From Styela clava (lineage: Eukaryota), in contig NC_135253.1 in NCBI RefSeq assembly GCF_964204865.1, positions 16,306,001-16,370,000 on the forward strand: a stretch of 64,000 nt of DNA, read 5' to 3'. Both the position numbers and the translations under genes were made by a program. The notes beneath the pieces were generated by a model. It searched no databases, had not been told where the DNA came from, and saw only the letters and a list, made by a program, of their open reading frames with translations. This document shows positions 51,418-60,654 of the stretch, one piece after another (within the stretch, counting starts at the first letter, position 1; each line of letters begins with the position of its first letter).

Positions 51418-54384
51418 TTACTTTTGTTCCATGCAAGGAATAAAAGAAGTCCATGATTTACTTCTACGCATGTTATGTTTCCTTAACGAAAGCCAAAATT
51501 TATCATCTAATTCTGAATTGTCTATATTATTGTCATCATTATCACTGATGCTTGCTGTTGAGGAACGAAGTTTACTCTGCGGACGGAATCTGTCATCCAC
51601 ATAAGCAGCATTATCATAAGCTGTGCTTTGAAGCAATTCCGTAACATGCAAAGCTCGTTTTACAGAATGTAGTGACGATAAGGACGATCTTACATCAGCG
51701 GAAAGCCCATTTATATCAGCGGTAATAAAGTTCAGTATTTCTGAGAAGTCATAAGAAAGTTGTAATGCACCCTGCACTGTGAATCTTACTTTCGTTTTTG
51801 CTATATGTGAAAGGCAAGCTTCATAGACTGCGTTTACCACAGGTGTCATGCCAGCCAATTGCAATTGTGAACTCATCTCGGAAATCGCTTCTGCTGCAAC
51901 TTTTATCAACGAATTAACGAGCTCTTGTACATACTTATTCTCCATTTCACTATTAATCGTATTTTTCTGTATCCAAAATTTTTGCGAAGGAAAATTATTC
52001 GTTATAATTTTAGAAGCGATTCGTTTACTTTCATTACCGAGTCGCAGCATACAAGAGCCACTAGTAACTTGCATATTTGTAATAATAGAATCAATATTGT
52101 GTAGATGTCGTGTTGCGATTGTCAAGGCAGCTGAATTTTGATTCCGTTTCGTTTCCAAATAATTATGACAAGACTCAACTAATCTTAAACAATCCAACCC
52201 GATGTTGGTAAGTTCTTGTAGGTCGCACAGACACATTCGTAACGCAGATGGGAGATTACCAGTAGAGAAAAACTCCTGAATTTTTCTTTTTATCCACCAG
52301 AAACCACCACATAAGATAGCTTCAGTTCTTGGCAAAGCATTCTGAGTCACAATATCATTGTGAGAGTAAAACTCAAGAATATACATGAGCGGCTGAAGCG
52401 AAGATACACAACAATGAGAAACAAGGCTCACATCAGTACTAGCGATCATTTGAATTGAAGGTTTATCATAAGATGGAGTACTTTTCCCTAGCATCTCACA
52501 AAGCATGCCATCTGAACAAGATAGAGCAGAATTAATAACAATTTCAGCAGAGGTAGCCATTAAAGAATTATGCAAGTCATCAGGCATTACGTTTAAATGA
52601 CCTATGTTTGATACAACCGCCTGTAGTAGTAAGATCCCAATATCATTTATTGCAAAAAAAGTTGTTCGATTCGATTCTTTCATTGTGATAGAATTACTTG
52701 GCAATGGTTGATTTATCAAAGAAGGCATATGAAGTTTTGGAAGGGAATTAGTTAGGAATTCTAAATACTGCGTAGTGATGACTTTCATCGCGTCATTATT
52801 CCATGCATCTCTCCATACCACACTTTTTGTTTCATTGTGTTTTACAAATGATGACGTACTTCTGTTATCTGAACTTGCTACAGACATGGTATCATCTGAC
52901 AAATAAGAATCAAAATTGTGACTTCGACGTAGAATTTTCGTTTTTCCTCCAATGCTTGACAAGAATAATGAAACCACATCATGGTGCTTTGAATACCATT
53001 TTGCTAAAATAGCACAATATTCTACTGTTTTTTCCATGTTTATATCAGGGACGTTGATACCCGCAACTCTTTTAATGACTCTGAAAAACGAAGACTTGTG
53101 ACTTTTTTGAGGTTGCACAGGTCTTACTTCAATCTTAGAAGCATCCTCCCATAAAAAGCCTTCGCTAGATGTATTATAACCTACGGTAGATTGTGTGATC
53201 AAAGTATCAAATGGCTGAAAAATTCTACAGCTTTGAAGAATGTAAGCTACAGCTGGTCCAACTTTAATCATAAAGTCTTCTGACAAAATATCCAACATCG
53301 TCTTAACAGAAATTGGATAAATCCCACTCGAACGTTGAATACTGCTCGATTCACCCAAACTGTGAGTGTATGACTCACTCAAATTGCCAGTAGACTGCAT
53401 ATTAGCTTGCGTAAATTCACCATATTTGCTATTAAATTCGACATCACTATGGCCGCATTCTTTAAGGTAGGAAAAAACACTTTGATTATAAACCTCGAAT
53501 AATTTGCAGAACTTTTTATTCTCGTTGGAACAAAATAAATCACTAATGTAAAAAGATTCGTCATCATAATGTGATGATACAAATTTCCCCATGTTACGTA
53601 ATCGAGCTTCAATTAACCAACGTACGTGAAGTAACATTTCACTTTGTAGTTCCAAGCATTTTTCTTTCATTCTAAGACCTGTTAGAGCAGCAATCCCAGT
53701 TTTGGATAACCATAGTTTTCCAGTATCATCACATGACTTCATGCATGAGCGCAGTTCAGCATAAACTTTTCCCAATTTAGGTAGTTTTTTTGGCACTGAA
53801 GCTGAAGGGTATTCACCAGAATGATTATCAGAGTCAGTTACATTTGAATCGCTGTAAGAACTAGTGCCAGCTTCGTGGGTAGAATTTACCCTCATATTGA
53901 ATTTCTTATCATAGGTTTCCAAAAACTGCCTTTCGCGTTTTAATGCAGACTGCAATTTTGATATGAAATCTTTCATAAAATTAGAGCAATTATTCTGCGC
54001 TTCCATTAATTCCAGCTCTTTTGCATTTTCTTGAAGAAGCAAGATTGAATTGAGAATTATTGGTCTGAAAGAAAATAATTCTTCATTCACATTTAATTCT
54101 GTATTTTCATCTGAAGTATAAGAACTATTCGGTAAATATCCATAATTTGGGGTATCTGTCTTCTTTTTTTGTATTGAAGTCCAACTTCTGACTGTGCAAT
54201 GTGAGTACCCCGGTAAAAAAATTTTTTCATGGATCCCAGTTGTTAGAGTTGAACGAAAACTTTTACTCATCGCTGGCTTTACCTCCTCATCTTGAGTAAT
54301 TGCATCTATCACCTCACTCCAATTAGAGTATTTGTGAGATATGGCATCACCAAAAGATGGAGTGTCGTTTTCCAACCCACTCAT
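51418..54384 (-). CDS. CCDC142: Coiled-coil domain-containing protein 142 homologue, intronless, 988 aa
   Basis: C-terminal KVRFTVQGALQLSYDF and WLSLR motifs match the CCDC142 family as I recall it; long single-exon ORF. Confidence 0.72.
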   Translation of the reverse strand: MSGLENDTPSFGDAISHKYSNWSEVIDAITQDEEVKPAMSKSFRSTLTTGIHEKIFLPGYSHCTVRSWTSIQKKKTDTPNYGYLPNSSYTSDENTELNVNEELFSFRPIILNSILLLQENAKELELMEAQNNCSNFMKDFISKLQSALKRERQFLETYDKKFNMRVNSTHEAGTSSYSDSNVTDSDNHSGEYPSASVPKKLPKLGKVYAELRSCMKSCDDTGKLWLSKTGIAALTGLRMKEKCLELQSEMLLHVRWLIEARLRNMGKFVSSHYDDESFYISDLFCSNENKKFCKLFEVYNQSVFSYLKECGHSDVEFNSKYGEFTQANMQSTGNLSESYTHSLGESSSIQRSSGIYPISVKTMLDILSEDFMIKVGPAVAYILQSCRIFQPFDTLITQSTVGYNTSSEGFLWEDASKIEVRPVQPQKSHKSSFFRVIKRVAGINVPDINMEKTVEYCAILAKWYSKHHDVVSLFLSSIGGKTKILRRSHNFDSYLSDDTMSVASSDNRSTSSFVKHNETKSVVWRDAWNNDAMKVITTQYLEFLTNSLPKLHMPSLINQPLPSNSITMKESNRTTFFAINDIGILLLQAVVSNIGHLNVMPDDLHNSLMATSAEIVINSALSCSDGMLCEMLGKSTPSYDKPSIQMIASTDVSLVSHCCVSSLQPLMYILEFYSHNDIVTQNALPRTEAILCGGFWWIKRKIQEFFSTGNLPSALRMCLCDLQELTNIGLDCLRLVESCHNYLETKRNQNSAALTIATRHLHNIDSIITNMQVTSGSCMLRLGNESKRIASKIITNNFPSQKFWIQKNTINSEMENKYVQELVNSLIKVAAEAISEMSSQLQLAGMTPVVNAVYEACLSHIAKTKVRFTVQGALQLSYDFSEILNFITADINGLSADVRSSLSSLHSVKRALHVTELLQSTAYDNAAYVDDRFRPQSKLRSSTASISDNDDNNIDNSELDDKFWLSLRKHNMRRSKSWTSFIPCMEQK

Positions 54385-54431
54385 ATTACTCAGCGGTCTC
54401 GTTACTATGATTACATTGTTTTGAGCAAAAT

Positions 54432-54450
54432 CTGCAAAGAATAAAAATTG
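54432..54450 (-). promoter_or_regulatory. Splice acceptor upstream of CCDC142 (candidate trans-splice site)
   Basis: Minus strand caatttttattctttgcag|attttg, 47 nt before the ATG. Confidence 0.55.
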
Positions 54451-55661
54451 AAGAAATTAGCACGCATAATGTAAATTCATCGAAAAAGCTATCAAAAACA
54501 GGGATCAAATAAGTCACAATCTCAGTGTCAAATTATATCGAAAATCAAATTTTTACAGACTATAAACAATATTTACAATTTGGAAAATATGACGTGAAAA
54601 TACAGAGCAAAAAAATCATTAACCAGTGTATAATAATATTAAAAAATTGAATGTTACAGAATATAAACATTATATACAGTTTGTGAATATTCAATAGTTT
54701 GAAACAATCATATTGGTAAACGTAACAATAATCTTGCTTAATTTATTACTTATTATTATTAATTATTATTATAGATATAGTGAGGAAGACAGTAAAGAAG
54801 ACACTTTCGGAATAAGAATCAAGTTAGATTTATCTACTTAATTTTTCAAAGTCCAAAAATGATTCAAAACTATAAATGATAAAATACATTAAATTGAAAT
54901 AATAAAAATGGGCAACATTATTCCACACACAAAAAATAGACAATTATTTTTTGTTGATTTCACAATGAGGCATCCATTTTAATGAGGATGAGTTGAAAAA
55001 GATACGCCATGCTGCACTTCCCAGCAATAATTAGTTTCAAAACAACCAGAATATTACATTTTTAAATAATGTTGATTGTCCTATACAGCATTGATAAGTA
55101 ATTATTTGAAACACAAAATATAATATTAAGAACAAACAAACATCAAAAGTGCATTAATAATAATTTAACTTCAATTTCACAGTTAAATGAAAACCTGGAA
55201 TTGTTATTGTACAATATACAATGAATAACAAATTATAATCATTTGAATTCAAAATATTTGCATAAATTGATGAAATGTTTGACTTATCAACCAACAGCAT
55301 TGTTTTCTTAGTATATGTTTCAGCTAACGGACATTTCGAGCCAGACGTTTCGGCACTTGCTGGCTCCAATGTGGATATACGTTAATCAACAATGTGTGAG
55401 GCCCGAACACTGTGATTCGGTGTATTTCGTTGGGTGTATATAAATATTTTGCTGTTTTATTATTACTATTTTGTTATAATTATTAATGAAAGTAGAGGTG
55501 AATTTAAAAGTTTCATGGCAAATGATCGAACATGATGAATCAAACATGATCGACTGCAGTAACTCGTTTCAAATGAAACATACGTGATTGATGAACATAT
55601 CTCCGGTGATAGTCGGCCAAAACGTCTGTGGGCTGGAATCACTGTGAGTCGTTTGCATAAG

Positions 55662-58010
55662 CTAAGCTGGTCGTACAGCTGAAAACACCATAGAACCTTC
55701 CTTCGTCATGAACGTACATGCAGACATCACAGTTGCGAGTTTATGTTTGGGAGATGGCTTAGACTCGTACACTATATTATGTGGAGTAACGAAGAGACCA
55801 CCCGTGGGATTAGACTGCATTGCTGCTTTAGCACTCTTTGACATCTTTCGACCTTTTGGTTCTTTAGGTGAAGTTGATCCGAATCCTCGTACTGGAAAGA
55901 AATCATATGTTGAAACGAGAAATTCATTACAACTATCTTTATTCTTGGGAATAACCCGTGTGTGTATCAACCACTGGTCTTGTAATTCATCATACATCAG
56001 CAACATTTCCGAAGAAGACACTTTTACCACAGCGTATAGTTTACGATAATACACAAAGGCACATGTCTGGATTATATTGGCTATGGGTAGATCTTTTATA
56101 TATTGACAGGTATCAGTTGATGGATCATATATCATTGCCTTTTGATGATCTAATCCAATAATATAAATGTTGTCTTTCATAGTTGCGACAGATGAACCGG
56201 GATTGATACCATCAATGCATGTTATATCTTCCCAGATAAGTTGAGTCATGCGATATCTCTTGGCACCATCAATTCCGAAAGCAAAAATGGAATTTCCAAG
56301 AACTGCTACAGAGAAATTTTCTAGTTCACATCCAGGCATATCATAGTGCCATTTATCTTTTAAGCAATTATAATATGATAGAGTATTTTTTTCCACAAAA
56401 ATAGCAAAATCTTTTGAAGATGTTATTCTCGTTGCATGTGTTAATACGTTATCAAAATTTATTTCTGTTCTTCTAATCCATCCAGTATCATTTTTAAAAT
56501 AGAATATAGCATTTTCTGTGATAGCGCACAATTTATTATTCAAGCTAAAGATTTCCAATATTTTTTCATCGCTGATTTTCGGAACTAATCCCCATGCTTT
56601 ATCAGAAGGATTAAACAGACAAAGATCCTCATTGGGCAATAAAACAGTAAAATATTTATCATATTTTTTCTTCGGGGTTCGAAAAGACGTAGTAATAATA
56701 TCAAGACATTCTGGAGAATCTCGTACCATGGGACTGATCTTTAACGAATTTGAGTATGATATTTCATTGAAATGGATTGCTTTCAGAAGAACAGGGACTA
56801 TCTTTTTCCGTTCTGAACTGAAATTCACCCATTTCACAATAGCATCCCATTTAAATCTCTCTGAAGAGAGAAATTCAGTGTTGGCAGATGTTTCAAAAAT
56901 TTTTAAAACTTCATTTATGTTCAATAAGATGAAGGTAGTCTGGACGGACACCTGGTCCAAATGAAGTCCCATGTATTCCAGAATAATAGGATCAGCTTGT
57001 GCTTGAATATCAGCACATAATTTGGTCAATTGTCTCAAACTAAAACAATTTGTTGGTCTTAGATTATTCTTCAGTTGCGGGATATCAGAAAATATACGAC
57101 CGACAAGCTTCTTCAAACTTGGCTCGAAAGAATTTATTGCAGGTTCTCGAATAATTAAAGTTAAGACTTGATCGCTTGGAAATTTTTTAAAATGCATCAC
57201 ATCTACTAATTTTTCAAGATAACAGGATCTTTCGTCTTTCTTATACCTGATCCATTCTAATATTCCTTGAAGAGAATTATCATCATCTGCGCTATAATGA
57301 TTCAACAGATCAACGACAGCGTCACAAGACAAGTTGCAAAAATACCTAGTTTTAGAAACATCCTCAAAATTATTCCTGAAATGTTCTTTAACGGTATCTT
57401 CTGTATCTTTATCTGGAAACAATTGCAACAGTTGTGCCATTTCAACACAATCGTTAGGCTTTTCAGCAAGACGAGATATGTGTGAAAAACAAGAGTGAAC
57501 TAGATTTGTTAATTTCATGATTGTCGCGACTTTCAAAACACCCTTGAGACCTTCTTTTTCTAAAGATAATTGCCCAGTATACATAAAATCAATGCACAAT
57601 TTAACAGATTTAGGATCTACATCAGTCATCTCAAAAGTTTTTTCTTTGGTATCCCGCATTCGTTCTATAATGTCTTGAAAATAATCAGAACAAGCTGCAG
57701 CGATAGTACGATGCAATCCAAAAGATTGATCTCCGACTTTTATAAACAAATCAAGCATCACACCATTTTTTCTCATATCTCCAAATCCCTTCATAATGCT
57801 CATAGCTCGATCAACACTTCGTTGTCGAATTCTTAATCTATCCTTGGACAATCTGACAATATGGAATCCATCTTCGTCAACATCAGGTAATTCGCCCAAA
57901 TGTGTATAACCAGTAACTATTTTTACGGGTCTTCCACGAGTTTTAGATTTCTTTTCTTTTTTGCTCTCGTTCAATTTAATTGACTTATTTTTTAAACGAC
58001 TCTTAATCAT
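55662..58010 (-). CDS. Divergent Kelch-like protein: basic N-terminus, BTB, two BACK-like units, degenerate Kelch repeats; intronless, 782 aa
   Basis: BTB (LDLFIKVGDQSFGLHRTIAAACSDYF...CIDFMYTG); BACK-like segments ending ILEWIRY and AIVKWVNF; Kelch-like NSIFAFG, DNIYIIG, YDPSTD, YDELQDQW. Confidence 0.85.
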   Translation of the reverse strand: MIKSRLKNKSIKLNESKKEKKSKTRGRPVKIVTGYTHLGELPDVDEDGFHIVRLSKDRLRIRQRSVDRAMSIMKGFGDMRKNGVMLDLFIKVGDQSFGLHRTIAAACSDYFQDIIERMRDTKEKTFEMTDVDPKSVKLCIDFMYTGQLSLEKEGLKGVLKVATIMKLTNLVHSCFSHISRLAEKPNDCVEMAQLLQLFPDKDTEDTVKEHFRNNFEDVSKTRYFCNLSCDAVVDLLNHYSADDDNSLQGILEWIRYKKDERSCYLEKLVDVMHFKKFPSDQVLTLIIREPAINSFEPSLKKLVGRIFSDIPQLKNNLRPTNCFSLRQLTKLCADIQAQADPIILEYMGLHLDQVSVQTTFILLNINEVLKIFETSANTEFLSSERFKWDAIVKWVNFSSERKKIVPVLLKAIHFNEISYSNSLKISPMVRDSPECLDIITTSFRTPKKKYDKYFTVLLPNEDLCLFNPSDKAWGLVPKISDEKILEIFSLNNKLCAITENAIFYFKNDTGWIRRTEINFDNVLTHATRITSSKDFAIFVEKNTLSYYNCLKDKWHYDMPGCELENFSVAVLGNSIFAFGIDGAKRYRMTQLIWEDITCIDGINPGSSVATMKDNIYIIGLDHQKAMIYDPSTDTCQYIKDLPIANIIQTCAFVYYRKLYAVVKVSSSEMLLMYDELQDQWLIHTRVIPKNKDSCNEFLVSTYDFFPVRGFGSTSPKEPKGRKMSKSAKAAMQSNPTGGLFVTPHNIVYESKPSPKHKLATVMSACTFMTKEGSMVFSAVRPA

Positions 58011-58024
58011 GTTGTAAATTCACT

Positions 58025-58045
58025 CTGGCCAAAATAAAGTTCAAA
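58025..58045 (-). promoter_or_regulatory. Splice acceptor upstream of the Kelch-like gene (candidate trans-splice site)
   Basis: Minus strand tttgaactttattttggccag|agtgaatttacaacATG, 14 nt before the ATG and about 300 nt after the PPOX stop. Confidence 0.55.
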
Positions 58046-58326
58046 ATTAGATGAAATAACATATGTATCAACAAGTAGGCCTATTAAGAGGATAGTCTGT
58101 CAGAGATTCAACACCTAATATGTTTTTTGTCATTATACTAAAACAGATAAAAACAAAAAATAGGAAAGAAATAAAAAAATTACCAATAATTGTATGACCA
58201 ATCGAGAAGTAAAAGAATTTCAGATCTAAATCCATCAAACAAAGCGTTACATTGATCTATCGCATATTCATTGTAAGTAAAACAAATGGCACACTATATA
58301 CTTTCCTCCCCCTTCATAAAAAGTAA

Positions 58327-59853
58327 TTAACACTCATCGACAATTTTGTCGGCAATATATCGACTATTATAAATGCAGTCATTAACGCTAACCCCCCAAT
58401 ACGAAGCACCTCCTAAATGAAGAGGAATTTCGTTTTCTTTCAAAGTGTCTTCCATTGATTCAACTAAATCCGTGTGTGAAACACGATATGTTGGAATACA
58501 ATTCCTACATAACTTTGAAACTATGTTCCTAGGGTCCGCAGTAATTCCAAGTTGTTCGGCTACACTTTCTAATGCAGCTTGTTCTAAGTCATGAACTTTG
58601 ACATGTTCCGCATCACCGAATAACTCATTAAACCATGAGCCCCCCATCATGCATGTTAAACGTGTAGTCCTTGCTCCTTTTCGATCATGTCGAGGAAACA
58701 CACAGGAATCGTAAACAATTCCTAAAATTTTTGATTCCTCACAAGAAGGTACAAGATGTCCGAATCCCAAATCTGGTAATAGATCTTCTGGATCATCATT
58801 AAATTCTAAATTAACAACGCCGACGTCAACGGATTTAATTTCTTCCAATTGTGTTCCAATGTTTTGCAAAATTTCTTGATCTTCGGATATACTATTACCA
58901 TTGCTTTTCCTCAGCACTTTGCTAAGTTCGTGTGCAGGCAATGCTGATATAACTTGATCAATATCAGTCAATGTTTCTTCTACTTTTTCCTGCGATTCCG
59001 TCTCCTTTGATTCAATTTTCACTGTAAATTTTCCATTTTCTTGCATAATTAATTCCTTAGCTTCAGTATTTTTCATTATATTTACATCTTTTTCTTGGCA
59101 ATTCTTTTCAAGTGCATTTATCAAATTAGCGAGACCGCCATCCAAACTCCACTGCGTCCATTGTTCTTTTCGTATTTTACCAGTTATAGGATATTGCAAA
59201 ATTTCTTGATTGTTTATAACTAATTCAGGCAGTTTTGGTTTCCGAGGCATTTTGCTATTTTTCGGTTTTAGTTTCTCCCATAATATAGGAAAAGCAGCTT
59301 TCATGCTAAGTTCTTTAATATCAGATGCAAATATTCCACGTACAAATGCATCTGCATGATATTTTGTAACTTCTTCACCAAAACGTGATAACAAGACGTC
59401 ATAAATTGTCTCTGCATCTTCAGGAGTCGAACGAAAAGCCATTCCTTTGATAAATGTCATTAATAATGACTTAGTCAGCGGAGGTGAAGCATTAAACATT
59501 GATTTCAGACTATTTAGTAGTTTGTGTAAAGATTTGTCAACGTAAAGAAATCGATTTATATTTGCTGACTCATTAGCTCCAACGGCAATCATGTCATCTT
59601 CCAATCCAAGTTCAGAAGCCAATATTAATGAATGCATGCCAACAAAACCCGCTGTCCGTAAACTTCGTGGCCCCAACTCGAATACAGGGCCATCCTCGCC
59701 AAAATTTTCAGTTTGCATCCACCCTCCGAGTTTGTCTTTTTCAACCAACGTTATATCATATTTAACATTTCTTCTGAGCAAACCTCGTGCCAGATAATAG
59801 GCAGATGACAAACCACTGACACCTCCTCCTAAGACAACTATACGACTGGCCAT
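58327..59853 (-). CDS. PPOX: Protoporphyrinogen oxidase (HemY type), intronless, 508 aa
   Basis: FAD-binding VLGGGVSGLSSAYYL; LGGWMQT, FELGPRSLR, GFGHLVP, LGIVYDS, RLTCMMGG, CIPTY, GASYWGVSVNDCI. Confidence 0.96.
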   Translation of the reverse strand: MASRIVVLGGGVSGLSSAYYLARGLLRRNVKYDITLVEKDKLGGWMQTENFGEDGPVFELGPRSLRTAGFVGMHSLILASELGLEDDMIAVGANESANINRFLYVDKSLHKLLNSLKSMFNASPPLTKSLLMTFIKGMAFRSTPEDAETIYDVLLSRFGEEVTKYHADAFVRGIFASDIKELSMKAAFPILWEKLKPKNSKMPRKPKLPELVINNQEILQYPITGKIRKEQWTQWSLDGGLANLINALEKNCQEKDVNIMKNTEAKELIMQENGKFTVKIESKETESQEKVEETLTDIDQVISALPAHELSKVLRKSNGNSISEDQEILQNIGTQLEEIKSVDVGVVNLEFNDDPEDLLPDLGFGHLVPSCEESKILGIVYDSCVFPRHDRKGARTTRLTCMMGGSWFNELFGDAEHVKVHDLEQAALESVAEQLGITADPRNIVSKLCRNCIPTYRVSHTDLVESMEDTLKENEIPLHLGGASYWGVSVNDCIYNSRYIADKIVDEC

Positions 59854-60654
59854 ATGTTAACGGTATAATTACAGAATAATGTATTATATTTGAATTTTAT
59901 AGATATCTATAAAACTAACAAATACAAATTTTTCTCTTTTTATAAAACGCTTTTCACTTTGGGCAAGAGTACAAGCAGCTTCTGCAATGTTTTGATTAAC
60001 TTTATTATTTTGGAAAGAATTATTATTTCCTAGTTGGACATTTCCTAGACGTTCCAGGTTTCTCAATTTATTTAAGTCTTACCCAGGGCAGATGGGTGAG
60101 GACATGCTGTCATAGCATTTAAACTTGATATTTTTACCCTGCCGCACCAACATCACTAGGGTCTGGTATACTTTAGTACCACATGCACTTCTAGTTGGCC
60201 TCGCTCAACAACTTTACACATGACATTCCTAACTCCCACCGGACTACGCCAAAACTTACGTCACTACGACGTCACAGTGGCATAATAAGGCCCTCCGAAG
60301 TATACAGATGGTCGACCAAATAGCACAGATGATTACCCGAAGTTGAGCTATTTCTCTCATTTCCTCGTCGCAGCGATCTCATGCAAATGCAAAAAAAAAT
60401 CATACACAAAACACAATCAATAAACACAGATTGGGAAAATCGGGGGGGAACTGGCAAAACCTTTATAAAGGTTTAATACATGTAAATATACATACGCCAG
60501 TTTACCCACATTCAACACACAAACATTATTCAAATTAAAAAGACAAAAGACACAAACTGGTATCGTTCGGGCGTCAAACTAGTGTAACATAAACACCCGG
60601 GGCATCGGTGGGTCCCAATTAATAAATACACTTCAATAAATACCCTTTGATAAG

